From positions 1-60,202 of the forward strand of contig NW_021833669.1 of the NCBI RefSeq assembly GCF_006345805.1: a stretch of 60,202 bases of DNA, in the 5' to 3' direction. Shown here piece by piece: positions 49,057 through 60,202 of the stretch. The notes beneath the pieces are model-generated. The model made no database searches. It worked only from the letters and a program-made list of their open reading frames with translations, and was not told the origin of the DNA. This DNA is from Octopus sinensis (taxonomy: Eukaryota). The position numbers and the translations under genes were made by a program. The stretch's first letter is position 1. Every line of letters starts with the position of its first letter.

Positions 49057-49680
49057 ATTTAGCGGGTCATGAACATTGCTTGCTGCCTAAAAGAAGAAAG
49101 ATTCAATCTGAAATTGGTAGGGCATTCTCTCGCAGTATTTATAATTTCAATGATTTTTCTGTTAACCATATTTATCGAACGTTTCTATTAATTACTTTTA
49201 AGATGTTCATAATTTTCATTCTAAGCTAAGAGCCCCACTGTACTTCTCAACTCTTGAACAGCCAAGATAATAATAACAATGAAAATGAATATGATGATAA
49301 TGATGATGATGAATTCTTTATTTACCACAAAGGGCTTACATTAAGAAAAAGTTAAGGACAGCTCAGGACAAAACAGTGCTTTTGTGTGTGTATGTAAGTG
49401 TGAGGGTTTTGAATGTAAAAAGGCTTAACAATAAACAATGAAGGTAAAAATAAAAATTTAATAATGGGGATTCCTCGATAGGGAGAACACGCTCAAGGAT
49501 CGCTCAGGTCTCCTGACTTATTGGGAAAATGCCTTCTCTCAGTTTTTAATCTTTGAATTACAGGACTTACAGGACAGTCTTCTGAAATCTGAAGGGATTT
49601 CATATTTCCATGCGTTCTCAGAAATTTTTGCTTATATATTGTCACGCTGCTTCCTTAATTTCAAGAAGCTTCAGCTTACT

Positions 49681-49806
49681 AAACGAAGGGATGAAAGGCA
49701 AAGTTGAAGTCGGAGGGATTTGAACTGAATATGTAAAGACAGACGAAATGCCACACTCGGCATTCTGTCCGGTTTGCTATATTGATTCTATCAGCTCACC
49801 GCCTTA
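49681..49806 (-). mobile_element. Deu/Nin-domain SINE 5' fragment
   Basis: GGATGAAAGGCAAAGTTG..CAGCTCACCGCCTTA. Confidence 0.8.
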
Positions 49807-49831
49807 AGATATGTATAAATTATAGAATTTG

Positions 49832-49866
<35 letters not shown>

Positions 49867-49938
49867 GCATATGCAAGCAGCTTGCACATTTTTATGTGTC
49901 CAAGCGAGAATGTCTGCATGTGTGCGTGTCGCATGAAG

Positions 49939-50028
<90 letters not shown>

Positions 50029-50097
50029 TCATATGTATATGCGTATGCATATTTATATATACATGCATTTAAACACACACACACACATATGTATATA

Positions 50098-50137
<40 letters not shown>

Positions 50138-50651
50138 TCTTCTTGCCCCCGCTCTATTGCCCCTCTCTTATTTCAACAGGAAATCTCAAATCTCTTGCCA
50201 AACCTATGTCAGCCTCTATTATGTAAGAATCTGTAGCAGTAAATGGTTGGCGGCTCATTGAACACTCTCCAGAGTGTCTATTGTAGTATTGTCTTTCAAC
50301 ACACAAAATTTTAATATGCTTAACAAACATATACACACAGAGGAGACGTGTGCACGAGCATGCTTAAGTATGAGTGTGAACGCGTGCACGTGAGTGCTTA
50401 TGTGTATGTGCATATATTTACGCATATATATATATGTGTGTGTGTGGGTGTGTGTGTGCATATATGTATACACACACACACACATAGATATATATGTATT
50501 ATACATACCTATATATATATAGGATTTCTAACTGCATATCTGTTTATCCTTCTTTTCTGTATTTGTCACACACACTCTCAATCACTGTCTCCATCACTTT
50601 CCTCCAACTCTCCCCCTTTCTCTCTTTCTGTCTCTCTCCCACCCTCTCTCC

Positions 50652-50687
<36 letters not shown>

Positions 50688-51681
50688 TCTATTTTCTTTT
50701 TTATATCGGCTTCTCATGCAATCAATATGTCAGTATACATTTATCTGTGTAGATATGTGTATGTATGTATGTATGTATGTATGTATGTATGTAGTATGTA
50801 TGTATGTATGTATGTATGTATTTATGTATGTATGCATGTATCTGTATGTGTGTATGCGTTTATGTGTGTGTGTGTGTGTCTATGGTGTTGTGTGTGTGTG
50901 TGTATGTATGTACGTATGTATGCATTTATGTGTGTCTGCAGAAGGCGGTTTATAGAAAGTAAGAGCGGGGAAGAGATGCAGAATATGATATATATATATA
51001 TGTATGTGTGTGTGTGTGTGTGGTGTGTGTGTGTGTGTATCTGCTAGTATATATGACGTATGTGTAAAACTAATCTTAGTTAAAGTTAGGATGGAGCAGA
51101 GAACCTCGTAACACACCCTGCACCAATTGCTGCCAACAACCATGTATTGCTGTCAACAGTGATAAAGTCACATTCCAAACGTTCCTTCACACCGAATGCC
51201 AGTCTTTCTTTCTTCAATATACACAATGTAGCGACACCGGAGCCTATAGAGTTCCAAATAAATTTACCTTACAACGTTTACGTACTTTCATTTTCATATC
51301 CCTCGTAGGAACCCTCCACCGCAGCTGCTGCCGCCGTCACCACCACCCCCGCCGCAACCGTCGCTGCCGTCCCTCACACCACCGCCGGCCCTCCCGCCAC
51401 CGCAGGCCCTCACGCCACTGCCGCCACCGCTCTCTCTTTCTCACACACTCTTTCACTCCCCCCCTCTCTCTCGTTTTGTCTATGTTTCTAACTCTTTCGC
51501 TTTGCAACAAATCTGTGCGCTTGTTCCAATATTAGAATATAATCATGATGCTTAATCATTTTAGCTCCCTGAAGGCACAAACCTTTTCAACAATTACGCT
51601 CCAGATGTGACTATCTTGTCTAATATTTTTTCAGTCACAATGTATGTCAGTGATATTTTCTATCTGTTTAATATCTTTTCC

Positions 51682-52325
51682 TTTCCACTATAGGCACAAG
51701 GCCTGGAACTTTTGCAGAAGGAGCGAGTCGATTACATTGACCCCAGTGTTGGACTGATACTTATTTTCTCGGCCCCGAAAAGATGTAAGGCAAACTCAAC
51801 CACAGCGGAATTTGAACGTAGAACGTGAAACCTGAATAAATGCTGTCATGCATTTTGTCCAACGCCGTAACGATTCTGCATACTCGTCGCCTTGGTGTTT
51901 GTTCATATGTTTCGAGTTTCTGCACCTGGAAGGTTCCGTTCGTAATGGCAGACGAGGAAAGATCTTTTGCTTTGTTTTTTTTTTCTTTTTACGTTGGGTA
52001 AACCTAGCAGATGGCCATGCATGCGAGCCACCCCTACCATGCTTCTGATAATATCTAAAGGAAAAAGAAAGAATGATACACCTTGTCATCAATGTCGTAG
52101 AAGGCATTACCTTCAGAAAATCAAAAATTTGAATAAATATTGGTTTCAAATTTTGGCACAAGGCCAGCGATTTCGGTGTTCAACAAGTACTTATTGTATC
52201 AACACCAAAATGTCAAAAGGCAGAGTCGACCTCGGCAGAGTTTGAACGCAGAACGTAAAGACGGACAAAATGCTGCTAGGCAATTTGTCGGGCGTGCTAA
52301 CTATTCTGCCAGCTCTCCGCCCTAA
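51682..52325 (-). mobile_element. Two Deu/Nin-domain SINE copies (51682-51895, 52135-52325)
   Basis: GTCGATTACATTGACCCCAG..CCCGAAAGATG; GTCGACCTCGGCAGAGTTTGAACGCAGAACG..TTCTGCCAGCTCTCCGCC. Confidence 0.85.
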
Positions 52326-52334
52326 AGTCAGAAG

Positions 52335-52545
52335 AGATATAACAAGACATACCGTCTGACAATTCCGTTAATCTTCCAAATGCGTTATCTTCGTGATATT
52401 TCCAAGAATAAGGAAGTCTTTCTACGGTCATAGCATTTTTTCTCGGACTGCCTAAGTTTGGAACTCTCTTCAACCTGGTTGTTTTCCTCCTCTTTATGAC
52501 ATGAACTCTTTTAGTCTAAAGTAAATTCATTCTTTTCGTCTTAAT
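52335..52545 (+). mobile_element. CR1/L2/Jockey-group LINE ORF2 C-terminal remnant
   Basis: HSIFSRTA*VWNSLQPGCFPPLYDMNSF resembles the SFFPRT..LWNSLP..FP..YDL..FK ending. 52560-53000 may be a further decayed piece, but this is unresolved. Confidence 0.6.
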
Positions 52546-53184
52546 CTTACCTTCTTCATAGTCATTTGCACTAAGCGGCTTCTCGCCTTGTTTCTTTTAT
52601 AAGAACTTCCTTATATAAAAGCAAAAGATTCGCGAAACGATTAAAGGCCAGCATAACCACGGCAGGATTGAATTTCAAAGCACTGGGTCGCATCAAATGT
52701 CCACTAGCCACCGTTTTTGTATGTAGAAATCCACCCAAGACATGCCGTTGAAACAGCCTTTGATAACCAAGTCCAGCACGTACCTTAAGCTTTAAACTCA
52801 GTGGAGCTCTTTTAACTTGAAATTGGGGAAAAAACAGTGATTTCAAACTATGAGAAAAGGAAACTTTCAGAGAACACCAACACTTCTTGATGGCAAGATC
52901 AGATCTGGAGTTGAAAAAGCAGTCTAACGTTCTTAGGTTGTATCGGCCCTCGTTCTTCATTAGGACAGCATTGGTCATAACAAGAGGGAAAACTTAATAA
53001 ATGGGCAGCTGCTTGTCTTCCATAAAATTTCGTGTTGGACTGAACCCAGGAGTCGCTACTCCAGCGTTACCTCATCGCAATGGCAAAGAAAGACTGTCCA
53101 AGTGACACACAAATGTGTGTGTATACGTGTATATATGCGCGTATAATTGTACATACGTGTGTATATATTATGTTTTTTTTGGGT

Positions 53185-53408
53185 TTTTTTGTACTTGTTT
53201 CGGTCATTTGACTGCGGCCATGCTGGAGCACCGCCTTTAGAGTGGTGAAAGAGTACAGCAGGGATCACCACCATCCCCTGCCGGAGCCTCGTGGAGCTTT
53301 TAGGTGTTTTCGCTCAATAAACACACACAACGCCCGGTCTGGGAATCGAAACCGCGATCCTCCGACCGCAAGTCCGCTGCCCTAACCACTGGGCCATTGC
53401 GCCTCCAC
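53185..53408 (-). mobile_element. Chimeric SINE: tRNA-derived head of one family joined to the CORE-SINE tail
   Basis: Minus strand GTGGAGGCGCAATGGCCCAGTGGTTAGGG..GTTTCGATTCCC..CTGCTGTACTCTTTCACCACTCT, then AAAGGCGGTGCTCCAGCATGGCCGCAGTCAAATGACCGAAAC. Confidence 0.75.
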
Positions 53409-53461
53409 AATGCATAAGATATGTATATATGTATTTTTCTCTCTTTTTCTAAGTATGTATG

Positions 53462-53511
<50 letters not shown>

Positions 53512-53583
53512 ATATATATGTATATATGATAAAATATATGCATATATACGTATATATATACATATACATATAATACATACACA

Positions 53584-53726
<143 letters not shown>

Positions 53727-54109
53727 AATACATTTATTAATTATAACTGTGTGTAAACGGATTGAAAATGTTCAGAGACGTGAATTTTGAGTAACAGGCG
53801 AAATTAGTGTTTACTGGATTCGTTTATATTCATTTAATAAAATAAATATACTACAAAATTATTAATCAGTGTTTTTATAACGGAAAGAGGAGAGAAAGCG
53901 AAAAAGTGAATAGAAAATGGAAAAGAAAGACTTTATAACAGAGAGGCAAAGAGAGAAGAAGGGGGAGACGGTGGAAGGAAGTGAATAGAGGTACTTGTAA
54001 TATGGTGTAAGAGTGCGTAGAAATAAAAGGAAAATGATAGAGACTGAGGGAGAAAGAAATTGGTGAGGCCGGAGATTAGTTGTGAAACGCATAGATGGAC
54101 ATATAGAAT

Positions 54110-54478
<369 letters not shown>

Positions 54479-55100
54479 TAAATGAAGGAATATAATAGGA
54501 ATGGATGAGACAGATGGATAGGCAGACGGGGCGAGACGCGGAGAAAATTCATGTAAAACAGGGGAATAATATAAGTGAATGAGAAAAGGAGAGGAATCAG
54601 TGCCGGAAGTGAGAAATAGAGGGAAATGTGAAAGAGTAATCCATACTTGTATATGGTTATGTGCACATGTGCTTTTTCTGTGTGGGATAATGAAAGTGAA
54701 AGTAGGGGAAAAAGCAAAAAAAAAAAAAGAGAGGACAAGGGAGATGTTATGTTAGTGAGAAAATTAGATGTGATGAAAAGAGTGTCAGGATTAAACGGGA
54801 AAATAAGAAGGTGGGAGAGAGACAGAGAGAGAGAGTGAGAGAGACAGACATGCAGACAGAGGCATAAACAGAGAGTGAGAGAGAGGGTAGGATGTGAGGA
54901 TGTCAAGGGTGGGGGAAATGAATTAAGGTGTAAGATGAAAGAACAATATGGTAGTAACTCCTAAGGGGATATAATGAAACAGAGAAAGAACAAAACAATT
55001 CAGACAAGTCGTAACAAAGTGAGATTATGTGTATAAAAATAAAACTACAAGTGAATAGGATATGTAAACACAGTTAATTATATGTGTATGCATATATGTA

Positions 55101-55133
<33 letters not shown>

Positions 55134-55361
55134 GTTTATATATATATATATACACATATATATGTATGTATGTATATGTATATATCCATGCATAAATAGA
55201 AGCATACCCATATGCACATACATATGCACATAAATAGCTGTCTGTATGAATGTGTATGTATGCATATATATGTATGTTTGTGTATGTATATATGTGTGTA
55301 AACACATGCATGCATACTCACACACACAGACACATACATGTACATAAATATATATACATGC

Positions 55362-55396
<35 letters not shown>

Positions 55397-55989
55397 AACA
55401 CGTACCCCCTTCTAGGACACACATACAAAAAAGCGACACACCTTCACAACACCTTCATCACATCGCACATTGCACTACTCTCCACCCCACTCTACTCCAT
55501 TCCACTGCCCCGACCCTACACCCTTACACTTCTGGCCCTTACCTCCACTCCACACCCACATCCCCCCCACACACACACACCTCACAGCAATGTCAGTAAT
55601 CCTTGTCTGTGTAGGAATGGTGTTGGTCGAGCGATAATGATTCGTGTTTGATCGATTTCATTGACACGACGTAAAGGAAGAGGGGAAAAGCCCCGCAATG
55701 ATGTAGTTGGAGACACACGACGTATTCAGCTGTTCGTTCAGAAAGGGATAAAAAGTGCAATTGGATTTTAGCGAAGAAATCTCTGTTGCTTTCCTTTACT
55801 GCCGTTTCTAATTTCATGCCTTGTTGCTTAACTCATTCCAATCTAAATGAAGTGGACATAACATAATCTGCAAGCATTAATGAGGACGGGAAATCCATTT
55901 TTTTCCCCTTTTTCTTTTTTTTTTTCTTTATTTTTGCTATGATATGCTTGTTACTTTTCTGTAGTATATTCTTTCTTTTATTTTCTGGA

Positions 55990-56183
55990 ATAACAACAAC
56001 AACAACAATAATCATAATAATGACGATGATGATAATAACTCTTTATTTGCCACAAGGGCAACGGATAAGAAGGAAACATTGCCGTAAATTCAAAGATGAT
56101 CATCATGATGTCATGATGATGATAACGATTATCATTATTATTATTGTTGTTGTTGCCCTTGTTGTCATCGATGCTATTCTTTT

Positions 56184-56226
<43 letters not shown>

Positions 56227-56326
56227 GGTGGTGGTGGTGGTGGTGGTAGTGGTGGTAGTGGTGGTGGTGGTGGTAGTGGTGGTGGTGGTGGTGGTAGTGG
56301 TGGTGGTGGTAGTAGTAGTAGTAGTT

Positions 56327-56357
<31 letters not shown>

Positions 56358-56680
56358 AATTGTGATAATCGTACTCATAATGATAATAATGCTTGATGAT
56401 AATGAGCGGGTGTGAAGTCGAATTTGGATGATGATGAAGAGCTTTATGAGAAGGAGGAGGAGGAGGGGAGGAGGAGGGGAGGAGGGGAGGAGGAGGATGT
56501 GGAAGAGGACGATGTGGAAGAGGACGATGTGGAAGAGGAGGATGTGGAAGAAGAAAAGAATAACAAGAACAAGAATAAAAAGAGGAAGAACAACAAGGTG
56601 AAGAAGAAGAAGAAGAAGAAGAAGAAGAAGAAGAAGAAGAAGAAAAGGAAGAAGAAGAAGAGGAGGAGATATGGGGGAGG
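55990..56680. repeat. Compound triplet tract (GAT/AGT/GGT/GAG/AAG)
   Basis: Direct sequence. Confidence 0.95.
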
Positions 56681-56904
56681 GAGAGAGATGCTTTCAAAAC
56701 ATCCTAGAATGGAGATTTTTTAACCCGTCACAGTTTGACTAAATCTTTCAGTCTACTTGTTTTTTTCTTTTCTGGTGGGAGAGGACAGATGTGTTTCAAA
56801 TTTTCTACATCTACAGTATAGTAGACACTCACACACACACACACACATATATATATAAAATTTGTATATCTATCTAACTACCTATATGTGTGCGTGTGTG
56901 TGTG

Positions 56905-57052
56905 TATTTCTCCCCCACCCCCCACAATCGTTTGACAACCGATGTTGGTTTCTTTATGTCCCCCGTAACCTAGCGGTTCGGCAAACGAGACAGATAGAAT
57001 AAGTGAATAAGTACTAGGCTTACAGAGAGTAAGTCCTGGAGTCGATTTGAGA
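56905..57052 (+). mobile_element. CORE-SINE 3' tail
   Basis: TTTGACAACCGATGTTGG..CCCCGTAACCTAGCGGTTCGGCAAA..CCTGGAGTCGATTTG. Confidence 0.85.
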
Positions 57053-57379
57053 AAATGATAGAGAAAGAAAGAAGAGGCAGAGAAAGCTACAGACATTTAT
57101 ACATTCCGAACGTTCGACCATGGGCTTTTCAGTTCGAAATCGTTATGTCCTCTCAAAATAAATACACAACCATGAGATAAACTATATCTTGGAAATAACA
57201 TTACCATACCAGCTTCTTATTTACATTTGTTTTGCTTTTGATGTAGTACCTTTTTCACGAAGAGAAGAGAAATATGTTCCTTTCCTCCTAAAAATGTTTT
57301 TAAAAATTTCTTCATTTTGTATTTTATTTTGTGGTTGGATCAGGCTAAATGGTTTATCTTTCGTTAATTATTAGCCCTC

Positions 57380-57665
57380 ATGGCGCGGCGGCGGTTATTA
57401 ACTTTTATGGTGGCGATGGTGGTGCTAGTGGCAGTTGTGCTGGTGGTAGTGGTTGTGGTAGTGGTGGTGATTGTCATGGTCGTAGTGATGGTGGTGGTGG
57501 TGGTGGCGTCCAAACAAATGGGCAATTTGTTATTCTGTCTTTTACGCTTCGATCAGTGGAAAAAGCAATAAACGTCCTCCTTTTATTCTTTGCTGGTGTT
57601 TTTGTTGTTACTGTTCTTGTTGTTGTTGATGCTTTTGTCGTCGTCGTCATTGTTTGTTGTTGTTG

Positions 57666-57697
<32 letters not shown>

Positions 57698-58312
57698 GGT
57701 AATGTTGATGGTGTTGGTGATGGTGTTGGTGGTGACGGTGGTAGTGGTAATGGTGATTGTGGTGGTGATGGTAGTGGTGGTGGTTGTGGTAGTTGTATTG
57801 ATAGTAGTTGTAGGAGTGGCGGAGGTGTTGGTAGTGACGATGACGGGGATAATGGTAACAGTGATTGTTAGCGGTGATGGTGGTGGTGGTGGTGGTGTTG
57901 GTTATGGCGACGGTGATGGTGGTAGTGTTGACACTGATGGTGATTATGATGATGATGGTGGTGGCACAGGTAAGGGTGGTAGTGTTGGTGGTGCTGGTAG
58001 TGATGATGGTGGTGGTGATGGTGGATATTGCTGGTGACAACGGTGGGGATAAATGTTGATGGTCGTCACATTGGAGAGTGTTGGGAGTATAGGTGGAGTA
58101 TATGGTGTTGGTGACGGGGTGGAAAGGGTGGCTTTGGTATTGGTGGTAGTGTTGTTGATTCCGGTAGTATAACTGGTAGTTCTAGTGTAGGTACTCGAGC
58201 ATAGGTTGCAGTATTAGTCCTATGAGAGGCGTCGTATTTATAGTAGATCTGTTGGTGTTGGTAGAAGTGGCTTAGGCTGGGCAGCAGCGGCAGCCGTAGT
58301 GGCAGCAGCAGC

Positions 58313-58357
<45 letters not shown>

Positions 58358-58395
58358 GGTAGTAGTAGTAGTAGTCGTGGTAGTAGTAGTAGTAC

Positions 58396-58432
<37 letters not shown>

Positions 58433-58860
58433 CATGGTGAAGGTTATGGAAGTAGAAACAGTGGTGGTGTTAGTGATGATGTTTGTGGTATTAAATGTGT
58501 GGGTGGTAATGACTATGTCAAAGGTTAGTAACTGTTGTCTTAGTGGTTGTGATGGTTATAGTGGTGGATGTAGAGAGTGTGGTGGAAGTGAGGATAGCGA
58601 CGGTGGTGATGGTGAATGCAGTGGATGGGGCTGCCGATGTTCTTCTATTAGGGTTATTGCTGATAATGATCTTAGTGACAAAACCAACTGCAGCGGTTTA
58701 AGTAGGAATACTGATGATAATAATGGAGGCATCGGCGGCGTGATGGTGGCAACGTTGGCGATGGAAGCGGTAGTGGTGTCGAATCGATGTTGGTACTTGT
58801 GGTAGTGGTGCAAGTGATGGGTGGTGGCGAGTTGGTAGCAATTATGATGCTGTTTTTGTA
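57380..58860. repeat. G/T-rich degenerate triplet tract (GGT/GTT/GAT/AGT/AGC)
   Basis: Direct sequence. Confidence 0.92.
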
Positions 58861-59019
58861 TCGTTTCGGTTCGATTCCTCAACCGTCTCATAAGGAGTTG
58901 AACGAGAAATCCAGTTGACCTATAAATGGTCGACAATATGATATGACAGGAGGAAATATAGACAGAGATAGATGGATATGAGAGAGTAGAGGGAATACTT
59001 GATGGTTGTGAAGTAGGCA

Positions 59020-59610
59020 AGGAAACTAGAAGGGAGACTAAAACTAGAGGGAGATATTAGAGATTAGAGAAGAGGGACGTGAGATTGGACAAGAGAGCAG
59101 AAACGAGTGTTGGTGGACCAAGTAAAAGTGGGTGGGAGCAAGGGAGCAAAAGAGTGATCAGAGACTACAATGGGATCCAAAGCCTAAAAAGAGGAAACCA
59201 GAGATTGAATAAGAGACCAAATATTAGAGGGTATTGACACTAGTGCAGGAAGGGCTACAGAAGGGAACCAGAGAACAGGGGTTAGAGATTAGAGGTGGAG
59301 CAAATACAAGAATTGGACAAGAATTAAGAGGAGGAACCAGGGAGTAGAGATGGAGATGTGAGATTGTGCGGGGGATACAGAAGCAAGCAGGAAGTAGAGG
59401 TAAGTAGGAAGTGGTAGAGCTTAGAAAAGGGACCAGAATCAACAGTAGGATTCAAAGTGTAAAGAGGGGAAACCATAGACTAGATGAAGGATCAAAATTA
59501 GAAAAGGAGATCAGCGAATTGAGGGTAGACGAGACTTTAGAATTAGAGGAGCAGAAACTACAGATAGGGTCCAGAGACAAGAGGGAAGCCAGAGATTAGA
59601 GTGGGGATCA
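59020..59610. repeat. Degenerate purine-rich minisatellite
   Basis: Recurrent GGAACCAGAGATTAGAG-like units (e.g. GGAAACCAGAGATTG, GGAACCAGAGAACAG, GGGACCAGAATC, GAAGCCAGAGATTAGAG); almost pyrimidine-free strand. Confidence 0.6.
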
Positions 59611-59644
59611 AGAACATATTATTGTTAATTGCCTAGCAGAATAA

Positions 59645-60052
59645 TTACTATTTCGTTCGTTTTTACGCACTGAGTTCAAAATCCACTGGGGTCGACTTCA
59701 CCTTTCATCCTTTCGGGGTTGATAAAATAAGTACCAGTCGAGCACAGAGGTCGATGTAATCGACTACCTCATTTCCCAAAAAATTTCAGGCCTTCGGTCT
59801 ATAGTAGGACAAATTATTATTTGCTTGGAAGGTGGTGAGCTAGCAGAATCGTCACAGCATCGGATGAAACGATTTACAGCATTTTTTCCGGCTCTTCATG
59901 TCTTGAATTCAGTTCCTGCCGAGTCAACTTTACGTTTCATCCCTCCGCGGTTGATAAAATAAAATACCAGTCAAGTACAGCAATTGATACTATCAACTAA
60001 CTCTCTCTGCATCAAGATTGCTAGTCTTGTGCCCAAATCGAAAACCATATTA
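59645..60052 (+). mobile_element. Two tandem Deu/Nin-domain SINE copies
   Basis: GGGTCGACTTCACCTTTCATCCTTTCGGGGTTGATAAAATAAGTACCAG; second head GGTGGTGAGCTAGCAGAATCG at ~59831. Confidence 0.88.
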
Positions 60053-60202
60053 TGTTCTAGGTCTAGAGTAAAGAGCGGTGACTATGACGTTCGTAGCCTC
60101 TCGGACGACTTTGTAGAAGGTAAGTGATGAGTCTGTATGATGTTACTTCAACTGGGTTTTTTTGTTGAGTTTTAAATTCCCTGAACTCTGTATTATCTGC
60201 AA

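Noticed and set aside
49310-49640. Possible L1/Tx1 3' end on the minus strand (TCTTTATTTACCACAAAGGGC; similar 20-mer at ~56040)
   Set aside because: The peptide similarity is too weak to support by eye, so it was left out of the features.
51085-51500. ATG-less open frame on the plus strand (…PCTNCCQQPCIAVNSDKVTF…)
   Set aside because: No recognisable homology, runs into GC-rich low-complexity sequence, and no convincing splice sites.
52571-52978. 135-aa minus-strand ORF
   Set aside because: No recognisable domain; adjacent to, and probably antisense of, a decayed LINE remnant.
53330-53408. tRNA-like sequences (also 29975-30045 and 31193-31265)
   Set aside because: A/B boxes are present but there is no closing acceptor stem or terminator, and each continues into a SINE body; these are SINE heads, not tRNA genes.

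Overview
AT-rich, extremely microsatellite-rich animal genomic DNA. The SINE repertoire (tRNA-headed SINEs with CORE and Deu/Nin-type central domains) and the long (TA)n/(CA)n/(TACA)n/(GATA)n and compound triplet tracts point to an octopod cephalopod; this is an inference, not a database match. I find no supportable host protein-coding gene. Almost all ORFs in the supplied track are simple-repeat artefacts, so the window reads as intergenic or deep-intronic. The real coding content is transposon-derived. It comprises at least six Penelope-like (PLE) fragments of two or three lineages, a young 5'-truncated Dong/R4-clade LINE sitting in a (TAA)n microsatellite, a HERO/R2-type REL-endonuclease fragment, CR1/L2-type LINE pieces, a mariner 3' remnant, and a ~3.1 kb decayed pogo element with both TIRs. 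There are also several MITE or foldback hairpins and more than 25 SINE copies. The most notable signals are RNA-level. (1) A near-intact type I hammerhead ribozyme lies at 4075-4163, with several decayed PLE-associated hammerheads elsewhere. (2) A multi-copy, non-coding repeat family of ~0.7 kb per unit (16021-17030, 17048-17640, 24100-24663, 32260-32675, 40831-41560) shows a direct-repeat, circularly permuted architecture. It carries a conserved structured motif that can be read as an HDV-like nested double pseudoknot or as a non-canonical hammerhead box, making it a candidate retrozyme-like, PLE-mobilised ribozyme element. All folds and alignments were done by eye and no catalytic activity is demonstrated.
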